Below, in pieces: positions 1 to 15,243 of a stretch of 54,862 bases of DNA. The stretch comes from Bigelowiella natans CCMP2755 (taxonomy: Eukaryota; Protista; Cercozoa), in contig ADNK01003251.1 in the NCBI GenBank assembly GCA_000320545.1, forward strand, positions 1 through 54,862, given 5' to 3'. The notes under the pieces were generated by a model, which had not been told where the DNA came from, did no database searches, and saw only the letters and a list, made by a program, of their open reading frames with translations. The stretch's first letter is position 1. Each line of letters starts with the position of its first letter. The translations under genes and the position numbers were made by a program.

Positions 1-35
1 GGTAGAGAATGCTGTGTCTCAGCTCAGTTGCCTAG

Positions 36-105
<70 letters not shown>

Positions 106-111
<6 letters not shown>

Positions 112-1060
112 TAACATAAATTCCCTTCATCAATTTCTCAATTTCATCCACATCACACACCAGCATAGATATACTGGACACCCTTATAGGCACTGTGCCA
201 CGATTGTGGCGAATCAAAGCTGCGATCTTTCAATTCTACGGACGAGACAGACCGTAGAAGACAACAACCAACAAAAACACCCAAATCAGCGAAGAGTAAA
301 AATATTGCGAAGAATTCCCCAAATCTTCATCATTCTCAGTTTATAAGCCGAACGAATAGCTCATTTCCGATCTTTATTCTTGCTAATTTACTAGGGAAAA
401 TTTGCTATAAGCGTATTTGCTATATGCATAAAAATGAGGCTAGATTGTTGCTGGGAGATGCTACTAGGCTAAGAGCCTCATGAATACTTACAGCACTACC
501 GTCATCATTCAGCTTGTTCAACAACCTTAAAAGTACAGAAATCAGATGTGATTGTTTCATATCTATATCTATGGGAAATACAGTGCATACATACAAAAAA
601 TATATATTTACATATATATTGTTATATATGTATGTGCATATGTGAATATTCACGTATAATATGAGCATTTTATTATTCTTTCGTTCATTCGTTTGTGCGT
701 TTGTGCGTTTGTGCGTGTGTATTAACGCGATCATACTCGATCTCTCTTATCCGGCCACTCTTCCTTCCATCATTCCCTCCTCCTCCTCCTCGAAAGACAC
801 GTAACACTCTGGCCGCCATCATTGCTGGGCCTTTTCTTGCATTTCCCGCCTCGCTTCTACTCCTATTAAAGTGTTCCTGTGGAAAGACATCCCACGTGGC
901 CGTTCTGTTTCTATCTCTGCGTGCTAAGGAGATCCTCCTGGCGTTGGTGCCGTTTGCCTGGGAAGTTGGGAGGGGGGGCAAGATTTTCAACCAACCTCCC
1001 ATTTTACCTCTTCGTTGTCGTTTCCCTATCCCCTCTCCTTCACTTTGCCCGCGACCCTCC
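106..1060 (-). CDS. Exons of an unidentified multi-exon gene running off the left edge
   Basis: Coding-like minus-strand blocks between microsatellite introns, e.g. LIRHNRGTVPIRVSSISMLVCDVDEIEKLMKGIY and LLNKLNDDGSAVSIHEALSLVASPSNNL. No family recognised; boundaries approximate. Confidence 0.3.
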
Positions 1061-1792
1061 TAGCCTGCAGCTACCATACCACAATATGCCTTGCCCGTCG
1101 CTTCGGCTTGATCCCGCCATGGAGCAGGCATATAGCGAGGAGGAGGAACGCCGAGATCGGAGTGCCGCCCATGGCATTGAAAGGCAGTTTCGGCTGCTCG
1201 CGGAGGTTGGAAAGATGATTGATTTATTCAGTTGTCGTCCGCACAAAACGGCATGTGTTTTTAAAAAACAACGATTGCGTCCGGAGCTGCAGCAGTCGCT
1301 CACGCGGAAAAACATGCGATTTTTGTCCGAAGACGCAAGGTTTTAGGCTGTCGTAGGACAAAAATCCTAGATGTTTTCGGTATCGTCAGGCAATTCTCTC
1401 TGGATCGTATCTCAGCTACCCCACGCAGCTACCATCCCTCGAGCTAAGTTACCCCAGGCTGGCACCGATTCGAGGGCCTGCTCCCTGTGGAGAAGAAGGA
1501 GAGGGGTGTCAGTCATCGGTTGTTCTGGTAATATATCGATTGATGCAGGGCTTATTGAATAGCAGATATGTTTCGTGATTTTGCCCGTCTCCTTTTAGGT
1601 TAACCCCTGCCCTCCGCACCTCTCAGGTGGGTCGCAAAGTAAGATACAGCGCAGCAATAGATAATTATTCGATGTGTAATCATGGATGATGTTGCCCCCC
1701 CCCTCCCCCCCCCGCCCTCCCCCGAATCAGGCTGTTCTTCGGTATTTCGACACACGAGCAGAGCACCAACATAGATACAGGCAACTGAGCCG

Positions 1793-2486
1793 ATGACAGC
1801 AGATGGAGATGACATGCGCAGCCTCTATCCCTTCCACGGATTGAGGTCAGGCTTCACTAGTCACCCTGAATAGTAGTAGAGATGTGTCGTGGCTCACCGG
1901 TGTTTCCCAATGCTGCTGCTACGCATTTGCACACAGGGGGGTCTGCTCCCTTGCCATCTTCTTGGGACATCAAACGGATATATTCATTGACAACGGAAAT
2001 ATCGGCCTCGTAAAAGCTAACCAAAGCTAACTATAGTCGCTGTTGAGCGGCTGCCTTCCCGGCCCCATGTATGCCGATCATCATCATCATCATCATCATC
2101 CATTATTACGAATGTTTTCTATTTCAGGAGTACCTCCAAGCTGTTTCCCTCTTCTTCCTCCTATCCGGCATCCCTCTCGCACGGCTCTACTCAACTACAA
2201 AGAAAGTCAACACGTGGGCGGGTTCGTGGTCTTTCTGGTCCAAAAGAGCCGCCCGTCTCGGGCCGATGTTAGTGTTACAAAACACGAAATACAAATTTTA
2301 AAAAAAGACAACCCAACATAAAGGCGCATTTCTTTGAATGAAATGCGTGACACGAAACCACTACTCTTGTCTCCTTCTCTGGTCGACAAGTCCTTTATGG
2401 GGGGGGGGGGGTTTGGCTTGGTAAAACATCAAAGAGACGACGAAAGGAAAATCATTTTTCAAGTAAGGAAGCGGGAGGGGAGGAAG

Positions 2487-2528
<42 letters not shown>

Positions 2529-2796
2529 CCCAACAACAACAACAACAACAACGACCATTTAGGTACTACCTAGCGCTGCTCCTTAACCTCTTCTGCTGTA
2601 TCGCCACTGCGGAGAGAGTTGTGCTTAAGCCGGCTCTAGAATCGTTCTTCGGTTGCGCTTTTCTCTTACAAAGCTGGTTTCCGGCATTCATCAATGTCGG
2701 AGGCGTCCTCTGGCAAATAGCCGTATTTGCTTTCGGATATGCGATCTTCCCTTTCGTATCCCGTGCAGCTCACCCTTTGGGTCAGTCGGTCACTGT

Positions 2797-2836
<40 letters not shown>

Positions 2837-3294
2837 ATATATTTATATATTATGCACATATAATACACTTTTGTGTAGCTTATTCCTAACACGTCACGTC
2901 TCGTCATACACGATCAGTGCATGCAAACACGCACGCACACGCACACGCACACGCACACGCACACGCACACGCACACGCACACGCACACATACATATACAC
3001 AGCGCAAAAAATCGAGGGTTTGACCCTATTTTCCATTCGAACGTACCATTGCAGGTCTACAGGCTTTACTCTGCGGAATGCTGAGCCTTTACATATTCAG
3101 TGCGGGGTATTTCCTATATCGATGCATTGCTGCTATCGTGGAGAACCCCGACGGCAGCAACGGCGGCATGATGAGCGTGATGATGGGAGCTTGGGTCTGG
3201 CACGTGCATTGTATTGCAAGACTGCCTCAGTTTGTTGCGGTGAGTGTAGTGTACCGTGAACGAAGAGCCCCTTGCGACGCATTCGCCATAAAAT

Positions 3295-3363
<69 letters not shown>

Positions 3364-4016
3364 GTAAGAGAATTCCCGGTGCAATTGCAGCTCACCTCAC
3401 AGAGGAGAGGCAGATACAAAACAGTGAAACTGTCCTGGGCGTCGAGCCGACATTACTGAAAAAACCAACAACACACAGGGCGTTTGCCTCGGGGAGGTGC
3501 TTGAGCGTCTGCGGATCTCGAGAAGCTATCTCAGCTCTTATCAGTATATCACGGTCTCCGCCTTCGAGCCGCAAAACGAAGGAAACGCCTCTGCAGCGGA
3601 GAACTGGGGGATATGTGCTGATTCGTTGTCGGTGCTTCTCCTCGGTACCGCACTTATATCACCGCTTGCTCGAGCCTTGTTTGGGACGAATGCGCGCGAT
3701 CTGTTATCGATTGCTTATGAGGCCTTCCTGCTACCTCTACATGCGCTATGGCTGGTATGTTTTCTTCGCAATAATCGTGATTTCGTGAGAGGGGCAAGGG
3801 GGGGATTCTCGTTCTCTCCTTCTCCCACCGAGAGTAAACATCACTGAAAGCTGGTGAAGTTCCATGAATCGATTACTTCGTCGCTGGCAGTCTTGCCGCA
3901 GTGACGTCGTGTGTGTGAGCAGCAAAGGACTGTATAGATGCACTCATGATGCATTCGTGTTGTACAATCGTGTGTGTGCTTCCCCTGGCATAAGATGCGA
4001 GACCTTCAACGCACAC

Positions 4017-4062
<46 letters not shown>

Positions 4063-4124
4063 TCTCTCTCTCTTTCTCATTCATTCTTAACCCCCCCCCT
4101 CTCTCTCTCAATAACACACACATG

Positions 4125-4155
<31 letters not shown>

Positions 4156-4421
4156 TAACTACAAACAAACACGCACAGATACCCCTCTCTCTCTATATCT
4201 CTCTCTTCGTTTCTCAACTTACACGAGCATAGGCATCAATCGTGATTGCGTACCACCCACGGCCTGGACAAGGGGAATCGAGATTAAGAAGCAGCTCGAG
4301 AGGGGGGGCAAGACGACGCTGCTATACGCGAGAGGCCCTGTCCTTCAAGCCGTTGGTTTTCCTTGGAGATATCTCCCTTGCAATTTACTGCCTTCACATT
4401 CCGGTTTCAGCACCAAGATAT

Positions 4422-4506
<85 letters not shown>

Positions 4507-4918
4507 GCTATGGTTGTGCTGCACGGATGCTTAACGAGCAGCTTGCCATATATCATCATCATCATCATCATCACCATCATCATCATCAGGTGTTATTCGT
4601 GTATACGATGGTTGTCGCATATATGAGCACCGGGGACTGGAGATTGACGAAATCGATTGATGACGTGGATTTGCGTGTGCGTGCGAGCTGGTTTCACATG
4701 CCACTGCAATGGGCTCTGGTGATGATGATGATGATGATGATGATGATGACGATGATGACGATGATGAGGAGGAGGAGGAGGGGGAAGAGGAAGATGGCCT
4801 ATGAGAGATGACAAGAAACCTACTCCCCATATGCTTTCCCCACCCCCCTCCCCCCCGATGCCATCTATCACTCTACGATATGTTCATCGTGATAATTATA
4901 GGCGGTTTTGTATCTTTT

Positions 4919-4957
<39 letters not shown>

Positions 4958-5330
4958 ATCTGAATGAAAGATGCGATTGTTGTTGGTATATGCTCTGCTG
5001 CTAAGAATTGTTTTCTTTGCTCCTTTGCAGGTCCTTTTGGTTTCCTTGGCGGCAAATAGGCTATTCGAGCAGCCTCTCCGAAAATGGATCATGAGGCCTT
5101 CACGCCATGGCGCGCAGCATAGAAGCAGCACCGCGTCGGGTAGGGAGGATGAGGAGGAAGGAAAGAGAATAAACGACCCCACCCAGCAAGCGTATGGCCC
5201 TGGGGAGGAGAGGGGGGGCGGGAAGGAATCTTCTTCACTTCTTTTCAAGCTGGCAGGTGTGGGAGATATCAATGACGACGGCTTCACCGCAGATAGCTTG
5301 CCTGGGCGTGAATACGGGACCTACGATTGA
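1793..5330 (+). CDS. Acyltransferase family 3 (OafA/YrhL-like) multi-pass membrane protein, multi-exon
   Basis: Family motifs occur in order across exons: FHGLR|GVCSLAIFLGH, AVSLFFLLSG, FWSKRAARLGP, LLQSWFP..N..LWQ, RLPQF, LSFKPLVFLGDISLAIYCLHIP, LFEQPLRKW. Start approximate. Confidence 0.8.
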
Positions 5331-5692
5331 ACCTATAAACCAGCCATTATTTCGCGCGCTTCCGAACCTGCATCGATGCTTGCATGTGAAAATATTTTAG
5401 TTAGACCAGTAGCATGATGATCTAGAGTGCAATGCATGCATGCCGTATCTAGCTTGTGTCAAAACGCCCGTGAAGTTGCTGGAACAGGCAGTGGCGCGGC
5501 TTGCATAATGGATGTTGATGTTCTTTTCTGAGCACGGCCATTGGTAGAGATCAATGCCCCAGCAGCCGTTGCATGCTACACCACACGTACGTAGCAGGCT
5601 ACTCATAATCGCAAGACGCGTGCAACCTTATTAGATCGCGCTAGAACTATTTTATTTGCAAGGCGCATTCGTAGCTGTAAAGCGATGCGCTG

Positions 5693-6421
5693 TTAGAGTA
5701 AATGCTTTGCTAGTACTCCGAGCACGAATGCAACAGACACAACACTTCGCGCTATTGTTGTAAGGATGGCTCTCTGGTGGCGAACAACTGATAGCGATCG
5801 TGAAGACGAGGTCGATGACATTGCATCAAAGACCTTTGAAGGAGATGGATCTGCACGCGAAGATAACGGAGTGTCTTGCCGCCGCCGCCGCTGCTGCTGC
5901 TCCTGCTGGGCAGTGGCATGGCCGGGCCGTTCGCACGCGAACACCTTCCACGGTATTCTACACAAAAGGCAGCACATCGAGGAGAAAATCTTATGAAATG
6001 ACCCGCCGCATCAAGCTGGGCATCGATGAATCCGCACGATGGCGATCTACACCAACACAAAAGACAGTTGCGAGGTCATAAATGTTTGCCACCTATTCAC
6101 GGCGTCGGTTGTAGCACAATCGCTCTGCGTGCTTCGGTAGAAGATGTAGGCCTGTGGTGTTTGTTGCAAGGGCAAAGAGCAGAGAATGCAAGTCATTCTC
6201 ACACATAAGACCCCATTGCGAGAGCGGAACGAGACGCATAAATCTCTCTCTCTGCTATGCTATGCTGTGCTGTGCTGTGCTGTGCTGTGCTGTGCTATAC
6301 ACACCGTTTTGTCTGAGCGCGACACCACCAATGCGACCTAACATCGTAGATGGACAAATAATTCGTGATGGGGGGGGGGGGGGGGGATGAGAAGTCGAAG
6401 CGCCCGTTTCTATGCTTAATT

Positions 6422-6457
<36 letters not shown>

Positions 6458-7683
6458 ATGAGCATGCACGCGCGCAATGAAAGATGTAATATGATGCTTA
6501 TGCAGTCTAATAACCTGAGCCCTAGTACCGTAGCCATGCCAGCCCATCTCCTCCGCTCTTTATTTACAGTTGTTTATCGAATAATCAATTGTATTTTTAT
6601 GGGGCGCGGGGACATAAGATCGCGTACGCGCGCGCGTGTGCATTCGTTGTTCAAATAAATGAGCTGAGGTGTAGGTGCTGATCGATATTAATTGATTCAT
6701 GTCTTCTTCTTCTTCTTTTTCTTCTTCTTTTTCTTTGCTCTTTCGTCAACTACTTCTTGTCGACCGAACGACCTGATAAATGGCCCTTGTTGGCAGATTC
6801 TCTCCTTCCATATCTCCAAGGTTGTTGTAGCTTCAAGCTTGCCTATTACACACGTGCAAATGTCGAGTCTCTCCCCATTTTCCAATGATGATGATGATGA
6901 TGATGATGATGATTATGATGATTATGATGGTGATGGTGATAGTGATAATAATGATAAAGATAATGATAACGGTAGCGAGATGGCAATGATGATGTGCTTA
7001 TTATACTTTGAATGTAACACACACACACACACACACACATACACAATATCCGTACACGATAATGAATAAATCAACAAACCAACAGTGATTAAAAAAAATA
7101 CACAGAGAACTGAGAATAAATACCCGGCATCTTGAACTCTCTCTTCGTCTCTCCCAACACCTGCGAAATAGCCTGGACGATCTATAGCAGCAGCAGTAGT
7201 ATTAGTACTAGGAGGACTAGCGTGGCAGTGCTATATAACTGCTTTCACACACTACTCTCTCTACTCTCATCTCAAAGTATATTCCTCTCTTCTCAATAGC
7301 TCAATGATCGAAAAATGAACCATACGGAAGGATAGAGCAAGAGAGAGGGGAGGGGAGAGACGAAAAGGATAGGGAGAGGGGAGAGAGGCAGAGTCATACA
7401 CAATACCTTATCCGCACCCATCTTGCCCTTCTAAGATAGCAAACACAAGGCAATGACCTTTAGAGAGGAGAGAATGGAAGGATTGGAAAAAAAGAGGCAG
7501 GGGGGGGGGGATGCTGAGAGTGTTCGCTACCAAAGTACCAAAAGGGCCCCGTACATAACATTAGTACTATGAACTGATAAAAACTACCAGCTTGTGCTTA
7601 AGTATATCTCTGAGCGCCTTCTCCACACCGAGTCTCGCAAACTGATGTTGCTCGAATTTCAACGTGTTTTGCTTCTTTTGTGT

Positions 7684-7730
<47 letters not shown>

Positions 7731-7793
7731 TCTGCCAATATAGCATCTGTGTAGCGTGTGTGCAAGATTTTTTGTGATATACATTAATCCTCT

Positions 7794-7871
<78 letters not shown>

Positions 7872-8035
7872 TGTGTGTGTAGTGTGTGTAGGGCACCTTC
7901 GTCTTTTCCCAATCGGCACTGGTGCCAAGTTCCGCATCAGCCTCATTGGAACGGGCATGGACCTTTGAAACAACATCATCACATACTACTATAGACTGCA
8001 GCGTGAAAAGCAGAGACGCACGCACTCGTACGTGT

Positions 8036-8096
<61 letters not shown>

Positions 8097-8652
8097 AGTG
8101 TGTGTGTGTGTACGTGCGCGCATAATGATATTACGTAACAACCAAAATCACAATTTAGACGTTATTTAATGTACTCCTGCAGGTATGTTCATGCTGTGCT
8201 TCTTCCAATGGAGAAGACCATCGTCAGCGCCATCGCCTTTGGATGTTGGGACGCAGCACTCGAACGTCAACCCGCCTGCAGGAGAAAATCAGCATGCGCT
8301 GGCAGCAGGGAAGAGAGCACGTGTAATATACATACGTCGTGGAGACGAATGGGGGAAGGGTGGGGGGGGGGGAATAGCAAAAAGGAAAATTGCTGCAAAG
8401 AAGTACAAAATATAGACCTGAAGAGTGTACGTGTTCGGTTTTGATGTATGGTTTGATAGGCATAGCTTACTGCAACCTTGCTCAATTTTCCCTTCACCAT
8501 TCATCATTTCCCATACACTTTTCGTATGTACGAGATTGTAAGCGACAGAGATGGGGGGGGGGCTGCCGTTGACGAGTCGTGACTTTGGCTAAAATTAGAT
8601 GAAAGAGTCAATCTATGTGTTCATCGGCATGAATAATACATAGTCTGTAACA

Positions 8653-8696
<44 letters not shown>

Positions 8697-8725
8697 CGTC
8701 TCTCTCTCCCTCCCTACCCCCCCCC

Positions 8726-8760
<35 letters not shown>

Positions 8761-8866
8761 GCCTGATTGTGAATTTGCACACGCTCACACACACACACAC
8801 ACAAACTTATACCGCATATTTTCATAGTATTATTCTCGGGCACCTATTCCGTGTCTTCGATGAGCG

Positions 8867-8902
<36 letters not shown>

Positions 8903-9580
8903 CGAGGAGGAGGAGGTAGAGGAGGAAAGAGCTGCCGCTACCACGTCGCCGCGCGAGCGATTTCGAGCGGGTCTGGGCCATATTCGGACCAGGCAACAAT
9001 AACATCGAAATTAAGTCAGAGCGTCCAGCAGATAGAGGCTCCTACTTTGCGTGCGTTGTGGCATTCTTCTACTACGAAGCAGCAACTATACTTCTGTTGT
9101 GTTCCCTTCTTTATTCGTCCCACCGCTCCTCCCCACCCCCCTTTCCTTTGTTTTCGTGTGTATAAACACCGGGGAAGATTGTGTCTTGCGTTGGTGAGCA
9201 TCGCAAATGCCCCGGTGACTGTGATGATGCACACAACAACGACGAAACAGCACGACTCGTATGAGGCAAACAACAAGGACCAACTCAGATGGCATGGCTA
9301 CGCATCATCCAATGCCCACAGACCGTAATTGAAACCGAGCCACGTGCCATTCTTCTCCTGTATTCGAAGAGGAGAAGGAAAGTTACTTTATCAGTGACAA
9401 GGTAAGTCGTTGAGTCGAAAGAGAAAGTAGCTAGCAGGCACGAGCAACAAGCATTGCACGCGTTCGTTGTCTCACAAGATCCCGAGCGCAAATAAGCCCT
9501 GTTTTGATTTCGCGCTCAAAGTTTCCAGTTTTCCGGTCGAGAAGTTCGTCGCGGTTGTGGAAGCATATCAGCGGGAACCT
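5693..9580 (-). CDS. Unidentified multi-exon gene with a hydrophobic C-terminal tail
   Basis: Short minus-strand coding-like blocks between repeat-rich introns: EKNGTWLGFNYGLWALDD, WSEYGPDPLEIARAATW, FEQHQFARLGVEKALRDILKHKL, LEATTTLEIWKERICQQGPFIRSFG. Ends ILTTIARSVVSVAFVLGVLAKHLL*. Gene structure tentative. Confidence 0.35.
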
Positions 9581-10126
9581 GAGCAGTTTTCAACGCATAT
9601 TTGTACTTCGTGCAGGAGAAAAGAGTGGTGAGGGGAGGAGAGAAGGGCCAAAATTTACTCGGGGTGCGTGTCCAAGGCCACGATCATCAAACACATTTCA
9701 GCGATATCAGTGCGGTCGCATATGCGTCAAAGGACAAGGGGAAAGATTAAGCAATGAGCCGCTAAGAAGTGAGGGTGGGGGAGGGTAGTCGGAAGTGGCA
9801 AAATCGATATTTGCTGAGTCGAGTATTTCACTGTTGCGACATATGCTAAGGAGTGTCTTAGACCCAAAACAAATGCCGTTCTCACCAACTTTTGCGCTTG
9901 TTCTCGCGAAACAGCTTGGCGCAAAATGCACATTCTTTCACTGCGACAACCTCAAAGTCATGTCGCATTTCCGAAATCCAAGGGGATTTAATTTCGCTTC
10001 ATTCTCCCTCGCCCCTTCCCCCCCCCAATCATCACTCGGTGCACTGTCGGAGGGAACGATCATCGGTGAACCAGAACAGCCGCCCTCCTTTTCTTGTCTT
10101 TAAGATTAACTCAAACAGAATCTACA

Positions 10127-12450
10127 TGGATCCTAGCAAGAACGGTGCTGAGGTGAGGCAGCGAGTAGTAAGATAAAGTTTGTTTGAGTGCTCTATTCAC
10201 TGTGGAAGAATAGATACTGTTTCATTTGGGATTGTCCCTCTGTTTCGTCCGCGCATTTGCAAATTATATTTCTCAATCATTTTGGCCTCAGTTAAATCCA
10301 CCCTCTGGTCCATTGGGCGACGACGAGGACCCTGTCATCACTGCCCTCACCCAGCGAGCACGACTTTTTGCAATGGAGGACGACAAGGACGATAGCCCTC
10401 ACGTGAATGAGACAATGCCTCCCCTCTCCAGCGTCGTCACAGATGTGTGTTTAGTGAATATAGTATAAGTGAACTTAATAACATGTGCCATTCTAATTGT
10501 ATTCGTGTTTCGTGCTGCGCCTTTCCCTTCACTGCCTCCAAGCAAAGCTTTCCAACATCTCGAAATGCCGATGTAAAAACAACAAGTTTTATCCTTTCTG
10601 AACACTGATTGTCTTCGAAAATCACTTAGATTGACGACCAGACTGACGTTGTTGGGGGTGGGGCTTCCCAAGAAGCGGAGGGGAAACAGAGTGACGAGGC
10701 GACAAAGCAGCTCATCGAGGTGAAGGAAAAGGAAGGGGCAGAAGTGAAATCAGGCGGAATGGATAAACAATATAGCTCCTCAATGGAGATGCAACCACAG
10801 CAGACTCAACTTTCTCTTCAAGAAGGTGTGAATTAGTACAAATTCTTGCTCCAATATCAATACGTGCTTACTCCAAACAATGCGGAGATCCCTCCCCCCC
10901 CTCCTCCTTAAGTAATCGAATGACTCCATGCTTAGCCCTCTGGCAAACGATCTATGTTTGTAATTTTTGTGTTTCAATGCTAAAGGACCGTAGTAATGAA
11001 GCAATGAAAAGATATTAATCCGTGTATCTGTCTATTAACTAGTGGCTGATGCACAAAGAGGGCTGGTTGAGAAGCATTCAAGTTCACTACGAGAGAGCCT
11101 CGACGTAAGCAACAGAATCAGAGAATGCAGCAGGAGGAGGGGGGGGGACGAGCTTTCAGGCAGTACTAACAGGGGGCGTTTGATAAGAACGAGAGAGAGT
11201 AGGATGGAGAAATAATACAAAATTAAAACAACTGTCGCAGCACTGAGCCTGGAAAAAATAGCGTCTGCGTATGCGCGTCGGTGTGTGAGTCTGAGAGCAG
11301 AAGTACAAAGGGCATGTCGCTGTGAACTAACGGGATTTTGGCTATGTGATGTAAAAACTCTGTACAGGTTCTCATGTCGAGCTTGAAAGATGCCATGCAG
11401 GGCCAGAGCGATAGGCTTCTTAACGCGGTAGCATTCTATATATTGAAAGCATGCTAGAAAATATGCATGCCATTGTCAATATGTGCATGTGCATGTGCGT
11501 GTGTGTGTACATATTTGTGTGTGTGTGTGTGTGTGTGCTAAGCGTAGACTGTCATATTTCTCCAAGCAATTTCTTTCCTCCCGTTGAGAGAGAAAAGGCG
11601 CACATTTTCCTGACACTTATTTCTTGATGTTTGTCATTATCGTCGCCATCATCGCCATCATCAGACTGTCACAAAACATAACGAAGAGAGGAACAAGCTT
11701 CTCGATGATCTCCATAGCCTAAAGGAAGAGGTGAGCAATCATGTCAGCTCAATGCCAAACATCCTACGTCAACCGTGAGCCTTCATATCAGAAGGGAGAG
11801 GGGAGGCTGTATTAGCCGCGGTGTGGGAGAAACGTTCCATCTCAAGGGGGGGGGGGGGGGGGGGGGATTAGCTTCGTACTACCAAGCTAGAAAATAGATC
11901 ATGCATTGCCTCTCCCCCTCCTCCCCGCCTCAGAACTTCGAGTTGATGGATCATAAGACCAAGTCTCTCAAATTCAAAGCAGCACTTGCAGAGTACTATC
12001 TAATAATGCGGGCATATAGTAGGAAAGAGTAGTCACAACAACTCATGCATGTCGATCAAGGCCTTTTTCCTCAATGGGGGGGTATGAGGGGAGAATAGAA
12101 TAGATGTTATCAGCACAACGATAAGAGACGAAACCTTAACTACTACATATACTGGGATTTGCCTTCTCCAAGATTCACGAACTCAAATCTACCTTCCTTT
12201 GCGGACTTTTGCGTCAATAAAATAAACAAACAGTGCTGTAGTACATTTCCTGGGTTATCAATCAACTCTTTCTATCTGTGACTCCTCTCTCCTTCTCTCC
12301 CTCTATATATTTCTCGCCCCCCCCCCTACTGTTGACGGTAACAACAGATCTGTATGGAGAAAGAATAAGCGTCACAGCGATCATATTACAAGAAATCATT
12401 TCAAGGTTAGCAATTCGATTCATTCGAAGCACACGTAGCATATATACATT

Positions 12451-12498
<48 letters not shown>

Positions 12499-12800
12499 TC
12501 ATTTGTATATATATTTATATGTAAAGGATACGTACGTGGGTGTCTCGATTTTCTCAATATTGTCTGCCTCCTCTTCGTTCGTCTTCCCACTAAACACTAT
12601 ATTTAACAACAACAATAACAATATACCTAGGGGTGGGTGCAGGCTCTACGCGACACAAGAGCTGAGGAAACACGCTTATCCTGGGCAGAGGTATATCTAA
12701 CGAAGCGGAGCTGTCATGGCAGACCCTGCGTCAAACGCTAACCTCTCATATTTTGCGGTGGTGTACTCTCGTCCGTGCCGCGAGAAAGAAAGAAAGAGAA

Positions 12801-12844
<44 letters not shown>

Positions 12845-13048
12845 TACGTCTGGAGGTTTCTCTCAAATTAGCAGCTCGTACACATATCCTAAAGAAAATA
12901 AGAACTAGATAGATATAACGAAGAAAGCAGCTGCTTTGTGCGTTGTGTTATGAGACCGTGTCGTATGTGGGCAAAAACCGGAGGAGGGTTGCCATTTTAA
13001 GGAGATAGTCAGTTAGACCGCTTGATAGTGCACTCAAACGCCAATATC

Positions 13049-13091
<43 letters not shown>

Positions 13092-14117
13092 TTTATGTAC
13101 GTGTCATGGACAACGAACGAATCAGTTTCAGTGAATGATTCCCCTCCTCTACTATTTGGTTTCAAGGCTCAGCTCCACTCTCGTATTCGATCGCGCATAC
13201 TTAACCGCTGGAACCGACGGGCACATGTAATGTGTCTTCATGATGACTATCAGATGTGCCATAAGGAGTGCATGCCAACGAATATCGAAGAGTGCATGCG
13301 CTTGAATAATATTTTCATGTACCTGATGATGAAGGCTTTCTATCCCCGTTCTCCCATTATTCCTCCTCCTCCCACCCTTCCTTCAACCTCGATTTCTTCA
13401 GGAGCGGAAGTTGCAAATCACCGTGTCCTTTTGGGAAGCAAAGATGAGGAAGGCTCTTGCTGCCTATGTACGTACAGCAGCCTGTCATCTAATCACTCAG
13501 TTGGAAGAGATGGAAAGCAACACAAAGCAGCATGCACGATGCCACGAATCATCCACAACACCTAAGCAGCTTCACGAGCGACGACGACTCTTTTAGCATT
13601 AATCGTGATGAGAGACATGCCTCGTGGCAAGATTCTGCTCTCATATTGTCATCTCACGACTCAGATTCAACGTTACGAGGAGGAGCTAAACCACACGCGC
13701 GTGCAGCTGGAGGAGGCTAAGGCGGCCAATCGCGAGCAGAAAAAGATCAAATCCAGCATCGAGCAGAAAATGAAACAAGCATTTTTAAGGCAAACTCCCC
13801 CTCCCCGCACCTCGTTATGAGTGCTGGTTCCTTGTTAATATGTGTGTTTGGGTATGTTCATGCACTTGGGATATGTGTGTTGTCGATACGTGGTGGAATC
13901 AATAGCAGCCTTCCATGCGGGTTTTTGGTCTCTCTATTCGTTTGTCGCACAATTAAGTGAACAGTGAGTGTAAACATGCCTTTACAGGTCGGTGAAGCAC
14001 CTTAATCTAGAGGCTTTCCATCTCGTAAACGAACTACCTACGGAAGAAGATACGACGATGCCGACGGCGCAAAAGCAGAATCTACTCACGGCTTCCAACG
14101 AAATTCAACTACCGTGA
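10127..14117 (+). CDS. POC5: POC5-like centriolar coiled-coil protein, multi-exon
   Basis: The spliced C-terminus LEEAKAANREQKKIKSSIEQKMKQAFLR|SVKHLNLEAF resembles the POC5 motif MKKAFMRGVCALNLEA. Upstream exons are coiled-coil-like. Confidence 0.55.
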
Positions 14118-14626
14118 TGTGCCATGCTGGCATGCATGAGCATGTGACTTCTATGCATTGATTACATTTTAGTAAAACTGAAAAACATGTCTAGCTAGCT
14201 AGATGTGCCGTACAGTCGTGTACCAAAATGGAAAGCTGGCTAGCTGGTCATTTGTAGCACACCTGTGCATGGTAGCTCTGATGATGATGTAGACGATCGA
14301 AGTGCAGCATGCATTGATGCACTCGATCGGTCGGTCTGCACATGCTAGCATATTCTAGATAATGTCGCATGCCATATGTTCGTACTTGCCATGCATGCTA
14401 GTATGCTTGAGAATAATCGGATTGCGTTGTGGGCATGTACGTACGGCAAACAGCGGCGCTTGCAAGCCATGGAGCATGCACGTTGCACACCCTCGACTTG
14501 GGCACGTTCATGTGCAAGCAGCGAATAAGTGCGAAGATCACGGACAATATAAGATGTCCGTTAGCAATCTTTCTACACCAATTCTTCGATTCGGCAATCG
14601 ATCACATTCCAACATACCTAGATGAC

Positions 14627-15243
14627 TAACCAAACGAATGCTGTACTAGCTTCATCAAATAATTCACAACATTCTTCGCTTGCCCATCAATTGCCGTTCC
14701 AAGGGCCGTTTCCCCATTACTACTCTTATAGCCTTGACGTTGGCGTTATTGGCCTTCTCTACGAGATACGTATATCAATATCGCCACGCCGAGCAGCATA
14801 GCTGGGGAGTGTCCATCTAAGGTGTTCCTTGGCCTCGAGGTTGACGTTTCTCATCCCAATGAGGCGGTGTGCACTGTTGAATTCTCCATTTATCGCAGCT
14901 TCAGTAGCTCACGATGATGAACACCATTCTCGTACACACTCTCATGTTCATATAGCGTCATGTTTTAAAGTCTCTGTCACAAGATGCAGCATCAGCTGCA
15001 TGATGCATTGATCCAAGAAACTTTGAGGAAAATCGTTGTCCCTATTATCATGATTTTTGTGCAGTCACGATCGCGAAAAGAATGGTGGTGCTAACATTTG
15101 CGTTGTATGTTGTTAGCAGGAGGGATGCATCCACAATTTCTTTTCCCCCTCACATCCTCCCATTCCTTCTGATTTAACTTTCCTTTCGTATCTGGTATAT
15201 TTCAATTTCTCTATTTGTCTATTTGTCAATGAACTGTTTCCCA
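14627..15243 (-). pseudogene. Ankyrin-repeat pseudogene
   Basis: EAAINGEFNSAHRLIGMRNVNLEAKEHLRWTLPSYAARRGDID, then after frameshifts YLVEKANNANVK...NGETALGTAIDGQAKNVVNYLMK. Frameshifts and stops present. Confidence 0.6.

Noticed and set aside
14-346. Many short ORFs with RERERE, YIYIYI, HTHTHT or poly-H/D/V runs (here and throughout)
   Set aside because: They are translations of intronic microsatellites, not proteins.
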